A stretch of DNA of 64,000 nt from an uncultured Collinsella sp. (GCA_902467875.1 CABQWP010000001.1:41266-105265), one strand, 5' to 3'; counted from the first letter of the stretch, positions 48,901 to 58,619 are shown. Translations and numbers: made by a program. The notes: generated from the letters alone by a model not told the origin.

Positions 48901-49062
48901 CGCCACGAAACGGGTCCATCTACTACGTTTGGTTGGGCATCGGCAACCACGCCGAGAATTGCAAAAAGAAAACCGCAGGTAGAACGCCTGCGGTTTTCTC
49001 TATTTTGGGTGTATGGTTGGCGGTTGCGGTTAAAACGTAGTAGATGGGCGGGTTTCGTGGCG
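48901..49062. repeat. ~160-bp nested inverted-repeat element between recN and the RpiR gene
   Basis: Outer arms 48901-48930 and 49033-49062 (11+15 bp paired). Inner 13-bp stem AGAAAACCGCAGG/CCTGCGGTTTTCT. Confidence 0.7.
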
Positions 49063-49140
49063 AGGGGCGGCTTTTGGCCCCCCCCCTTTCGACTGCGGCG
49101 GGTTTCGTGGCGAAGGGCGTCTATCGGCTCCCCAATTTAC

Positions 49141-49998
49141 CTACTCAACGACCTTATCCGGCTGGATGAGCTCCTCGTAGTAGCTGATATGCTCGCGAGC
49201 GTCTTCAATCTCGGGCAGCAGGAAGTTGTAGATGACTTCGATGATCATCGTGGCGCTGATCTTGGAGAACGCGAAGTCACCCGTTGTCAGCAGCGCTTCG
49301 TGATTGACGGTATTAAAGGTGTAGTCGGCGAGGCGCGCAAGTGGAGACTTGCTATCGCTGCTGATGACGACCACGGTTGCGCCGCAGTCGCGAGCCGCTT
49401 TTGCCATGCGATTCAGTCGGCGCGATTTGCCAGAGTTTGAGATTAGCACGATAACGTCACCCGGGCGCAACGTGAGCGCAAAGCCGATTGATGTCTCGCT
49501 AATGGTGCTCGCCATGCAGCGCAGGCCCAGCTGCGAAAACTTAAACGTCGCATCGAGCGCAACCGCGTTCGTATTGCCCACAGCCGCAAACTCAATAACC
49601 CCTGCATGCTTAAGGGCATGCACAACAGCCGCCAGCGTATCGTGGTCGATCCCGTCGATAGTCGCATTAAGCTCGCTCACCTTGGCAGCCAGGATGTTCT
49701 TTAGACTCTGCTCCATATTGTCGAGCGAGACCTCGTCGGTCAGGCCCTCGTTGCGCTGGCTTTCCAAATCCCTCGCCAACGAAAACTGAAAGCTGCGGAA
49801 GCTGCCAAACCCAAGCTTGCGGCAGAAGCGCGAAACGGTCGCCTCGGACGTGGCAGCGGCGCGTGAGAGCTGAGCCGCCGTGAGGCGTGGAGCCTCGGAC
49901 TGGTGCTCCAATATATAGTCGACAATGCGCTGCTCGGATTCGCTGTATCCCTGATGGGTGCTAATGAGGGAAAGTGCGCTCTTGCTACTATCGGTCAT
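49141..49998 (-). CDS. MurR/RpiR-family transcriptional regulator
   Basis: SESEQRIVDYIL, SEATVSRFCRKLGF HTH, SIS domain ISNSG; divergent from the PTS gene. Confidence 0.92.
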   Translation of the reverse strand: MTDSSKSALSLISTHQGYSESEQRIVDYILEHQSEAPRLTAAQLSRAAATSEATVSRFCRKLGFGSFRSFQFSLARDLESQRNEGLTDEVSLDNMEQSLKNILAAKVSELNATIDGIDHDTLAAVVHALKHAGVIEFAAVGNTNAVALDATFKFSQLGLRCMASTISETSIGFALTLRPGDVIVLISNSGKSRRLNRMAKAARDCGATVVVISSDSKSPLARLADYTFNTVNHEALLTTGDFAFSKISATMIIEVIYNFLLPEIEDAREHISYYEELIQPDKVVE

Positions 49999-50128
49999 GG
50001 ATGGCTCCTGGTTGGTATGAAAATCTAATTTGATTCGCAATGCCATAGTATACGGGCATTTTTAATTACAAGATACACCTTGCCGTTTCAAGTGTTGATG
50101 GTAAACTTTCACTTACCGTTTACGGTTA

Positions 50129-50143
50129 TGAAAGAACCTTTCA
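50129..50143. promoter_or_regulatory. Palindromic operator candidate TGAAAG-N3-CTTTCA
   Basis: In the RpiR/PTS divergent gap; related 15-mers at 52705-52719, 56052-56066 and 56083-56097. Confidence 0.55.
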
Positions 50144-50270
50144 CCAGAGAATTGCACCTTGTCTCTTCTCACGCGGACGGTAGGTTGGTATCTTTCAGTT
50201 GTGGAAAAACGCGCATCGAAGCGCGTGTAGGGGAGCGCCCGCGGGCGCTGTACTCAAGAAGGAGGGACAC

Positions 50271-52274
50271 ATGGCTAAGTTTGACATCATCGCCGCGACC
50301 GGTTGCCCGACCGGCATTGCGCACACCTTCATGGCGAAGGAGGCGCTGGAGAAGGCAGCTGCCGAGCGCGGTCTGACCATTAAGGTCGAGACTCATGGCC
50401 AGGTCGGTGTCGAGAACGAGCTCACCAAGAGTGAGATCGCTGGTGCCAAGGCCGTCGTCGTCGCAGCAGACAAGGATGTCCAGGCTGAGCGTTTCGCCGG
50501 TAAGCCCATGGTTTCCGTTGGTGTTTCCAAGGCCCTGTCCGTTGAGGCCGCCGGTAAGTTGATTGACCGCGCGCTCGCCGCCAAGGGCGACAGCACGGTT
50601 GCAGCCGCTGCCGATGTCGAGGACGAGGTTGAGGAGAAGGAGTCCATCGGCCACGTTATCTACAAGCACCTCATGAACGGCGTCAGCCATATGCTGGTCT
50701 TCGTCGTTGCCGGTGGTGTCCTGACCGCGGTCTCGTTCCTGTGGGGCATTACGTCCTTCGATTCGACGGCGTCTGACTACAACAGCTTTGCTGCGATGCT
50801 CAAGATCATCGGCGGCATCGCCATGAACCTCATGGTTCCGGTGCTTTCCGCCTATATCGCCGAGTCCATCGGCAAGCGCCCGGCGCTCGTCCCCGGCTTT
50901 GTTGCCGGTATGATCGCCATCCAGGGCCTGCCTGTTAACGCCGAGACCGGCATGATCGACGCCGGTGGCGCCGGCGTGGGCTTCGGCTTCCTGGGCGGCA
51001 TCGTCGGTGGCTTCCTCGCCGGCTATGTCATCCTGCTGCTCGAGAAGGTCTTTGCCGGTCTGCCCAAGAACCTGGACGGCCTTAAAGCTATCTTCCTGTA
51101 CCCGCTGTTCTCGACGGCTATCGTCGGTCTGGTCATGCTCGGCATTTCTGGCCCCATGGCTGCCATCAACACCGCCATGATGGACTTCCTCAAGGGCCTG
51201 TCCGCCTCTGGCGCCGTTGTCCTGGGTCTTGCCATTGGCTGCATGTGCGCCTTTGACATGGGCGGCCCGGTCAACAAGGCTGCTTACGTCACCGGTACCG
51301 CTATGCTCACCGAGGCTTTGGCCGCCGGTGTTGGCACCGATACCTACAACTTCGGCACCAACTTCATGGCTGCCGTCTCCGCCGCCTGCATCGTTCCGCC
51401 GCTGATCACCACCTTTGCCGTCGTTGTCGGCAAGAAGTACTTCAGCCAGGAGGATCACGACGCCGGTGTCGTCAACCTCATCCTTGGTTGCACCCACATC
51501 ACCGAGGGCGCCATTCCGTTCATGACCAAGAACATCTGGCCCGTCATGCCCATCATGATGCTCGGTTCCTCTATCGCTTCGATCCTGACCATTATGTTCA
51601 ACGTTCACGATCCGGCGCCTCACGGTGGCTTCCTGGTCCTGCCCGTTGTCGAGAACGGTCCGCTTTGGGTCCTCGCGATCCTCATCGGCGCTGTGGTCGG
51701 TGGCATCCTGTTCGTGGCCTTCAAGAAGTACGACTTCGAGAAGAACCAGAAGGCCGCTCCTGCAGCCAAGCCGGTTGAGGCCCCCAAGGCCGCTGCCGTC
51801 GAGGCCCCCATGGCCGAGGCTGCCGACTTCGTGAAGGTCGAGAATGTCTTTGTCGCCGAGGACTTCGCTTCTCGTGACGAGGCTCTGAGCTTCGTTTCCA
51901 ACCAGGCTGTTAAGGCCGGTATCGCCAGCGATGCCGACGCCGTGATGAACGCCTTCCTTGCCCGCGAGGCCGAGGGCACCACGGGCATGATGGAGGGCTT
52001 CGCTATTCCGCATGCCAAGTCCGACGCCATTACCGAAGCTGCCGTCATCGTCGTCAAGGACGAGTCCGGCGTGACCGGTTGGGACACCATGGACGGCGCT
52101 CCCGTCAACGTGGCTATCGCCCTGCTCATCCCCGGTGCCCAGGCCGGCACTACGCACCTCAAGATCCTGTCTAAGGTCGCCGAGGCGCTCATGGACGAGG
52201 ACTTCCGTGCCACCGTCAAGGGTTCTACCGACGCTGCCGAGATCGCCAAGACGATCAACGCCCGTCTGGTCTAA
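50271..52274 (+). CDS. fruA: PTS fructose-family EIIBCA
   Basis: IIB CPTGIAHT; IIC KHLMNGVSHM, FDMGGPVNKAAY, ITEGAIPF; C-terminal IIA AIPHAKS. Substrate assignment is by family only. Confidence 0.88.
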   Translation: MAKFDIIAATGCPTGIAHTFMAKEALEKAAAERGLTIKVETHGQVGVENELTKSEIAGAKAVVVAADKDVQAERFAGKPMVSVGVSKALSVEAAGKLIDRALAAKGDSTVAAAADVEDEVEEKESIGHVIYKHLMNGVSHMLVFVVAGGVLTAVSFLWGITSFDSTASDYNSFAAMLKIIGGIAMNLMVPVLSAYIAESIGKRPALVPGFVAGMIAIQGLPVNAETGMIDAGGAGVGFGFLGGIVGGFLAGYVILLLEKVFAGLPKNLDGLKAIFLYPLFSTAIVGLVMLGISGPMAAINTAMMDFLKGLSASGAVVLGLAIGCMCAFDMGGPVNKAAYVTGTAMLTEALAAGVGTDTYNFGTNFMAAVSAACIVPPLITTFAVVVGKKYFSQEDHDAGVVNLILGCTHITEGAIPFMTKNIWPVMPIMMLGSSIASILTIMFNVHDPAPHGGFLVLPVVENGPLWVLAILIGAVVGGILFVAFKKYDFEKNQKAAPAAKPVEAPKAAAVEAPMAEAADFVKVENVFVAEDFASRDEALSFVSNQAVKAGIASDADAVMNAFLAREAEGTTGMMEGFAIPHAKSDAITEAAVIVVKDESGVTGWDTMDGAPVNVAIALLIPGAQAGTTHLKILSKVAEALMDEDFRATVKGSTDAAEIAKTINARLV

Positions 52275-52308
52275 TTCCACGGTACGCGAATACCATCGCC
52301 CCCTGTAT

Positions 52309-52346
52309 AAAGGGCGGAGTCCCTCTCCAGGGCCTCCGCCCTTTTT
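52309..52346 (+). terminator. Intrinsic terminator after the PTS gene
   Basis: AAAGGGCGGAG/CTCCGCCCTTT followed by Ts. Confidence 0.65.
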
Positions 52347-52358
52347 CTATCCCTCCCA

Positions 52359-52429
52359 TAAGTTGCGGTGAAATAGGGACTGTTTAAACGATTCAACCCC
52401 AAATTCAATCCCTATTTCACCGCAACTTA
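52359..52429. repeat. MITE-like element copy 1 (21-bp inverted repeats, 29-bp spacer)
   Basis: TAAGTTGCGGTGAAATAGGGA ... TCCCTATTTCACCGCAACTTA. Confidence 0.75.
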
Positions 52430-52533
52430 CAAAAGGGCATAGAGGGGGCTGCCTATCGAGTCTTTGTCGCGAACAGGTTATCAGCCAGAATTCTTTTCAG
52501 CCGACATTAGTCTGGACCGACCGAGTTTCCGCA

Positions 52534-52662
52534 GCTTGCTCGCCGGGCGGGGCGATTAAGTTTGTCGCGAGTTCCGCACGCAAAGGAAAGCACTTAATGT
52601 GCTTTCCGTCTTGCGCAGGACTGTAGAGCAGCAAACTTAATCGCCCCGCCCGGCGAGCAAGC
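52534..52662. repeat. 129-bp hairpin element with perfect 31-bp arms
   Basis: GCTTGCTCGCCGGGCGGGGCGATTAAGTTTG and its exact reverse complement; inner GGAAAGCAC/GTGCTTTCC stem. Confidence 0.8.
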
Positions 52663-52799
52663 GGACGACAAACACATCTGTCCAATAATTCGTCTGAAAC
52701 ACAATGAAAAACCGTTTGATGTGAGTTAATATAAACAACGTCGTGAATCTGACTCCTGCCACATGCATGACAGGGGTTAAACACAAAAAGGAGTCAATT

Positions 52800-53063
52800 A
52801 TGGTTTCTGAGAAGGCTACCCTCGTTAATCCTCAGGGTCTGCACATGCGTCCGGCTGGTCTGTTCGCCTCCACCATGGGCAAGTACGCCTGTGACGTGAC
52901 GGTCGTCACCCCCGAGAAGGAGGTCAACGGCAAGTCCCCGATGGCCCTCATGGCTGCTGGTATCCCCTGCGGCACCGAGGTCGAGGTCAAGTGCGACGGC
53001 GCTGACGAGGCCGAGGCTCTGGCTGCTGCCATCGAGCTCATCAAGAGCGGTCTTGGCGAGTAG
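52800..53063 (+). CDS. ptsH: Phosphocarrier protein HPr
   Basis: GLHMRPA (His15), NGKSPM (Ser46 equivalent), DGADE; RBS AAGGAG. Confidence 0.94.
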   Translation: MVSEKATLVNPQGLHMRPAGLFASTMGKYACDVTVVTPEKEVNGKSPMALMAAGIPCGTEVEVKCDGADEAEALAAAIELIKSGLGE

Positions 53064-53196
53064 AACTCAAACGGGTCGCATGTTGAACAACTAAGTTCAT
53101 ATTTGGGGGCGCAGTGACCTGTTGTAAGGTAGCTGCGCTCTTTTGTCATGGATATGGCAAAACGCTTTATCACATGACACGGAGAGAGGAATGGGA

Positions 53197-54900
53197 ATGT
53201 ATCAGGGAGTCAACGCTTCCGAGGGCATCGGTATCGGCACCGTCATGGTTGCCGTCGATCCCGACTTGACGTTTGAGCCGCACGAGGTTGCTGATTCGGC
53301 AGCAGAGAAGGAGCGCTATCAGTCCGCTCTTTCGGTCTTCTGCGAGAAGACCCAGGCTCAGGCCGACCACATGAAGGAGACGGTGGGCGAGGCCGAGGCC
53401 GAGATCATGAGCGGACACATTGTCCTGGCTCAGGACCCGGGCATGACCGACGCCATCAACGCCGCCATTGACGGCGGTACCTGCGCCGAGCAGGCGCTCA
53501 TGGACACCTCGACCATGTTCGAGAACATGTTCCTGTCTATGGACGACGAGATGTTCCGTCTGCGCGCGGCCGACATCGCCGACATCCGTACCGGTATTCT
53601 GGCCGAGCTGCTGGGCAAGGAGGTCGTCGACCTCTCCGTCCTGCCCGAGAACACCGTCGTTGTCGTGCACGACCTCACGCCGTCCATGACCGCCACGATC
53701 GATAAGGCCCACGTTGCCGGTATCGTCACCGAGACCGGTGGCCGCACGTCGCACTCCGCGATCATTGCGCGCGCCCTCGAGATCCCGGCTGTCCTTTCGG
53801 TTTCCAACAGTTGCACCGCGCTGCGCAACGGTATGACCGTTGTCGTCGATGGCGGCAAGGGTATCGTCGAGGCCGATCCCGACGAGGAGACGCTTGCTGC
53901 CTACACCGCTAAGGCCGAGGCCTTCGCTGCCGAGAAGGCAGCCCTCGAGGCCTTCCGTGGCAAGCCGTCCGTGACTGCCGATGGCATCAAGAAGATCATC
54001 GCCTGCAACATCGGTAACCCCGATGACGTGCCCAACGCGCTCGATCACGACGCCGAGGCCATCGGTCTGTTCCGCTCCGAGTTCCTGTTCATGGACTCTG
54101 CTGAGCTTCCTTCCGAGGAGGAGCAGTTCAACGCCTACCGTAAGGTCGCCAGCGCGCTCAAGGGCGCTCCGGTCATCATCCGCACGCTCGATGTGGGCGG
54201 CGACAAGGAGATTCCGTATCTGCACATGGTCAAGGAAGATAACCCCTTCATGGGCTTCCGCGCCGTGCGTTACTGCCTGGCCAATCCCGACCAGTACAAG
54301 GTCCAGCTCCGCGCTCTGCTGCGCGCTAGCGCCTTCGGTGACGTCAAGATCATGATCCCTCTCGTCACTTGCGTCGAGGAGGTCTTGGCTGTCAAGGAGC
54401 TCGTCGAGCAGTGCAAGGCCGAGCTGACCGAAGAGGGTCGTAAGTTCAACGAGAACATCGAGGTCGGCATCATGGTCGAGACGCCCGCCGCTTCGCTGCT
54501 CGCAGACCGTCTTGCCGAGGTTGCCGACTTCTTCTCCATCGGCACCAACGACCTGATCGGCTACACCATGTGCGCCGACCGTGGCAACGACACCATCTCC
54601 AACCTGTACCAGGTTTATTATCCCGCCGTGCTCCGCTCGCTCAAGAACATCATCGAGAGCGGCGTGAAGGCCGGCATCATGGTCGGTATGTGCGGCGAGG
54701 CCGCTGCCGATCCGCTGCTCGAGCCGCTGCTGATCAGCTGGGGCCTGGAGGAGTTCTCGATGAGCGCTCCGTCGATCCTGCGCGCCCGCAAGACCATCAG
54801 CCAGTGGACCAAGGCCGAGTGCGACGAGCTCGCCGAGAAGGCACTCGCCTGCAACACCGCCGCCGAGGTCAAGGCACTGCTCGAGTCCGCAGCTCGCTAA
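53197..54900 (+). CDS. ptsI: PTS enzyme I
   Basis: GGRTSHSAI, IGLFRSEF, RTLDVGGDK, IGTNDL, MCGE. Confidence 0.96.
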   Translation: MYQGVNASEGIGIGTVMVAVDPDLTFEPHEVADSAAEKERYQSALSVFCEKTQAQADHMKETVGEAEAEIMSGHIVLAQDPGMTDAINAAIDGGTCAEQALMDTSTMFENMFLSMDDEMFRLRAADIADIRTGILAELLGKEVVDLSVLPENTVVVVHDLTPSMTATIDKAHVAGIVTETGGRTSHSAIIARALEIPAVLSVSNSCTALRNGMTVVVDGGKGIVEADPDEETLAAYTAKAEAFAAEKAALEAFRGKPSVTADGIKKIIACNIGNPDDVPNALDHDAEAIGLFRSEFLFMDSAELPSEEEQFNAYRKVASALKGAPVIIRTLDVGGDKEIPYLHMVKEDNPFMGFRAVRYCLANPDQYKVQLRALLRASAFGDVKIMIPLVTCVEEVLAVKELVEQCKAELTEEGRKFNENIEVGIMVETPAASLLADRLAEVADFFSIGTNDLIGYTMCADRGNDTISNLYQVYYPAVLRSLKNIIESGVKAGIMVGMCGEAAADPLLEPLLISWGLEEFSMSAPSILRARKTISQWTKAECDELAEKALACNTAAEVKALLESAAR

Positions 54901-54974
54901 TTTGGTATCAGAGGTAACCGCGTGGTTGGAATGGGCCGGCCACGCGGCCCTCACATATACAGGGGGTACTGTAA

Positions 54975-55907
54975 ATGTTCTACACGCTAACCGCTAACCC
55001 GGCTGTCGACATGACGGTTTCGAGCTCTCCGCTCGAGCCCGACGAGAACGTCCGCACCGGCTCGGCCAGCTACACGGCTAACGGCAAGGGCCTCGACGTG
55101 TCCTTCGCCTTTAAGAAGATGGGCGTCGACACCGTCGCGCTCGGCTTCTTCGCTGGCTTCACGGGCAAGTTCATCGTCGAGGAGGTCATGAACCTGGGTT
55201 GCCTCTGCCGCCCGGTCTGGACCGACGGTATCACGCGCATTAACACCTACGTCAACGATGGCCAGCACGAGTACGGCATCCTGAACCCGGGTGCTCCTAT
55301 TACGCCGCAGCACCAGGAGGAGCTCTACAACATCCTGGACACCGCGGGCGATCTCGAGTGCCTGATCGTTTCCGGCTCCGTGCCTCCCAAAGCTACGCCT
55401 GACTTCCTGGCTAAGGTCATGGAGCACGCTCAGGCTCGTGGCGCCGACGTCGTCCTGGACCTGTCCTCCGACAAGCTAAAGGAGCTCGCTCACAAGAAGC
55501 CGCTGCTCATCAAGCCGAACCATCACGAGATGAAGGCCATCTTCGGCGTGCCGGTCGACACCGACGACGAGGTTCGCGTTGCCATGAAGATGGCTCACGA
55601 CGCTGGCGTTCAGAACGTGCTGCTCACCCGTGGTAGCCGCGGCGACGCTTACTTCTCCAACGGCGAGGACATCTGGTACGCCAAGCGTGAGTTCAACATC
55701 AAGCTGGTTTCTTCCGTCTGCGCCGGCGACTGCACCCTCGCTGCGTTCCTGCACAAGTGGTACAGGGATCGCGACAACGTCGAGGAGGCCATGAAGCTTG
55801 CTATGGCCACCGGCGCCAACGTTGCCGAGTCTGTCGGTATTGGCGACTTCGGTCACGTCGATGAGTACAGCAAGCGCGTTGCTGTCCGCAAGCTCGATCG
55901 TCAGTAA
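54975..55907 (+). CDS. 1-phosphofructokinase-family (PfkB) hexose kinase, paralog 1
   Basis: YTLTANPAVD, GKGLDVS, TRIN, SGSVP, IKPN, CAGD. Confidence 0.9.
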   Translation: MFYTLTANPAVDMTVSSSPLEPDENVRTGSASYTANGKGLDVSFAFKKMGVDTVALGFFAGFTGKFIVEEVMNLGCLCRPVWTDGITRINTYVNDGQHEYGILNPGAPITPQHQEELYNILDTAGDLECLIVSGSVPPKATPDFLAKVMEHAQARGADVVLDLSSDKLKELAHKKPLLIKPNHHEMKAIFGVPVDTDDEVRVAMKMAHDAGVQNVLLTRGSRGDAYFSNGEDIWYAKREFNIKLVSSVCAGDCTLAAFLHKWYRDRDNVEEAMKLAMATGANVAESVGIGDFGHVDEYSKRVAVRKLDRQ

Positions 55908-55935
55908 TCGAAACGCGACATATTCGTGCGCATGC

Positions 55936-55967
55936 GGCGCCCCGGTTTCGGCCGGGGCGCCTTTTTT
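55936..55967 (+). terminator. Intrinsic terminator after PfkB paralog 1
   Basis: GGCGCCCCGG-TTTCGG-CCGGGGCGCC followed by T6. Confidence 0.75.
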
Positions 55968-56096
55968 GTTTCGCCATGGGGGAGAGGTTTCCTGCCGTGC
56001 TTCATCGCTTCCACACCGTTCACCGAGTTGTTGTAGCCTTTTGTCGTTGTGTGGAATATACTTTCATTAACACGTTGCCTCGTGAAAGGAACATTC

Positions 56097-57029
56097 ATGA
56101 TTTACACGCTCACTGCAAATCCCGCCATTGATTACAACATCGCCTGTGACGGTCTTGCTGCCAACACCGTCACGCGTACCCGCAACGCCGTCTACACGCC
56201 CAACGGCAAGGGCCTCAACGTCTCGTTTACGCTTGACCACTACGGTGTCGACACCACGATCCTGGGCTTCTTCGCCGGCTTCTCGGGCGAGTTTATCGTT
56301 AAGGGCGCCGAGGCCCTTGGCGTGCCCGTCAAGCCCGTGTGGACCGACGGCATCACGCGTGTCAACGTGTTCCTCAACGCCGGTCCCGACACCGAGTACA
56401 ACATGGTCAATGCCGGTGCCGCCATCAACGAGGCCAATGAGCAGGAGATGTTTGAGCTCATCGATTCGCTCGATGATATGACCTGCCTGGTTATCAGCGG
56501 CTCGCTGCCTCCCAACACTTCCGAGGGCTTCCTGGCCGAGGTCCTGCGCCGTGTCAAGGCCAAGGGGGCCGAGTTCGTCCTCGACATCTCGAGCCATCAG
56601 CTGGCAGACCTCATTGCTCTGGAGCCACTGCTGATCAAGCCCAATGACGACGAGCTGCTTGACATCTTTGGCATCAAGGTGAGCGGTGGCGACGACGAGT
56701 CCGTCAAGGGCGCGATGGCCGAGCTGCACGCCAAGGGCGCCAAGAACGTGCTGCTGACCCTCGGTGGCGACGGCGCGTACTTCTCCAACGGCAAGCACAT
56801 CTGGTTTGCCAATCGCACTTTCGACGTCAAGCTGCTGTCGACGGTGTGCGCCGGCGATTCCTCGCTCGCTGCCTTCCTGTCCGTGTGGCACGACGCCCCC
56901 GAGCGCGTTGAGGATGCCTTGCGTCTTTCGATGGCCACCGGCGCCAACGTGGTCGAGTGCCCCGGTCTGGGCGATTTTGCCAAGGTGGACGAATATAGGA
57001 AGCACATCGAGGTTCGCCAGGTCTGCTAG
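56097..57029 (+). CDS. 1-phosphofructokinase-family (PfkB) hexose kinase, paralog 2
   Basis: YTLTANPAID, GKGLNVS, TRVN, SGSLP, IKPN, CAGDS. Confidence 0.9.
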   Translation: MIYTLTANPAIDYNIACDGLAANTVTRTRNAVYTPNGKGLNVSFTLDHYGVDTTILGFFAGFSGEFIVKGAEALGVPVKPVWTDGITRVNVFLNAGPDTEYNMVNAGAAINEANEQEMFELIDSLDDMTCLVISGSLPPNTSEGFLAEVLRRVKAKGAEFVLDISSHQLADLIALEPLLIKPNDDELLDIFGIKVSGGDDESVKGAMAELHAKGAKNVLLTLGGDGAYFSNGKHIWFANRTFDVKLLSTVCAGDSSLAAFLSVWHDAPERVEDALRLSMATGANVVECPGLGDFAKVDEYRKHIEVRQVC

Positions 57030-57224
57030 CAGCATCGATACGTCGTTGCCGAACACCCGCTTTGGATTACCAAGGCGGGTGTTTTTTGCGCGCTGAACGT
57101 ACGCGGCGTCTGCTCTCTCGTTTTATCTAATCGACGACGCGATTGCGTGTGCGTGCTTTCTCGTTTCTTGTTAGACTTCTTGAGAACCATCGATTAACGC
57201 TCACAAGTGCAGGAGGCCATAGGC

Positions 57225-58619
57225 ATGTGCAATGTTTCGCTCAACGGTACGCAACCGTCCGATGCGTCCCTGCGCGTCCTGCGCGTGCTTGAGGCGGCTG
57301 GTCTTGAGGCTTGGTACGTGGGCGGTTGGGTGCGCGACGCCCTGATGGGGTACCCCAGCCACGATGTTGATATGTGCTGTAGCGGCCTGTGGCAGGAGTC
57401 TAAATCGGCGCTCGAGGCCGCCGGCATCGCGGTTGTGGAGTCGGGCATTAAATTTGGCGGAATCACGGCTATTTCCGATGGCGAGCGTATCGAGGTCACC
57501 ACGTACCGTCTGGATGGCTTTTACACCGATGGTCGTCATCCCCAGAGTGTGGAGCGTGCCGCCTCGCTCGAGGACGATCTGGCGCGCCGCGACTTTACCG
57601 TCAATGCCATGGCCTGGCATCCCGAGCGTGGGCTTGTCGACCGCTATGACGGCCAGGGTGACTTGGAGCGCAAGCTGATTCGCGCTGTCGGCGATCCCAA
57701 GCGTCGCTTTAACGAGGACGCCCTGCGCATGCTGCGTGCGGTGCGCTTTGCCTGCCGTCTGGACTTTATGATTGAGCCCGAGACCAAGCGAGCGCTTGCC
57801 GAGTGCGCGCCGCTGCTCGATGCCGTGGCGCGTGAGCGTGTGGGTATTGAGCTCGAGGGCATTCTTTCGACCGGTCATGGGGGAGACGCGATGCTCCGCT
57901 ATCCCGAGCTCATCTGCGCCGCCGTGCCCGAGTTGGCAGCGGGTCGCGGGTTTGATCAGCGCAGTGTCTATCATGCGTTTAACGTCTACGTGCATATCGC
58001 CCGTGTGCTGACGGTGGCGGGGGAGCTCGCGCTGTGTGACGGCGTCGCGCCCTCGTCGAGCCTTATGTGGGCGGCGTTTTTGCACGATGTGTCCAAGCCC
58101 GAGTGCTTCACGGTCGACCATGCCGGTAGCGGACACTTCTACGGTCATCCCGAGCTCGGCGCCAAGATGGCGCGCGTCATTATGGATCGCCTGGCGCTCT
58201 CGCACGACTTGGTGCGCGACGTGTGCCTGCTCATCAAATACCATGACAAGCCGCTGCGCCCCGAGCGCTCCTGTCTGCTCAATATGATGCGCGCGCTTTC
58301 GGGTGAGGGCGTCGACACGGCCCGCCTGATTGACGAGCTCATGGACCTTAAGCGTGCCGATACGCTCGGCAAGGCCCCGTCTTGCTTCTATTACGTTGAG
58401 ACGATTGAGGAGATGCGCGCGATGGCGCATGAGCTGCTGAAGGCGGGGGAGCCCTATACGCTCAAGATGCTCTCCATCAACGGCGGCGACTTGATCCGTG
58501 CCGGCGTTAAACCGGGACCCGAGCTAGGCCAGCTACTCAACGCCGCCCTCGACGCCGTGATCGAAGACAACATTCCCAACGAGCGCGAAGCTCTTTTGGT
58601 CCATCTCAACTTGAATTAG
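57225..58619 (+). CDS. cca: Class II tRNA nucleotidyltransferase (CCA-adding) with HD domain
   Basis: VGGWVRD...DVD, EVTTYR, DLARRDFTVNAMA, EDALRMLRAVRF, LHDVSK, INGGDL. Confidence 0.88.
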   Translation: MCNVSLNGTQPSDASLRVLRVLEAAGLEAWYVGGWVRDALMGYPSHDVDMCCSGLWQESKSALEAAGIAVVESGIKFGGITAISDGERIEVTTYRLDGFYTDGRHPQSVERAASLEDDLARRDFTVNAMAWHPERGLVDRYDGQGDLERKLIRAVGDPKRRFNEDALRMLRAVRFACRLDFMIEPETKRALAECAPLLDAVARERVGIELEGILSTGHGGDAMLRYPELICAAVPELAAGRGFDQRSVYHAFNVYVHIARVLTVAGELALCDGVAPSSSLMWAAFLHDVSKPECFTVDHAGSGHFYGHPELGAKMARVIMDRLALSHDLVRDVCLLIKYHDKPLRPERSCLLNMMRALSGEGVDTARLIDELMDLKRADTLGKAPSCFYYVETIEEMRAMAHELLKAGEPYTLKMLSINGGDLIRAGVKPGPELGQLLNAALDAVIEDNIPNEREALLVHLNLN

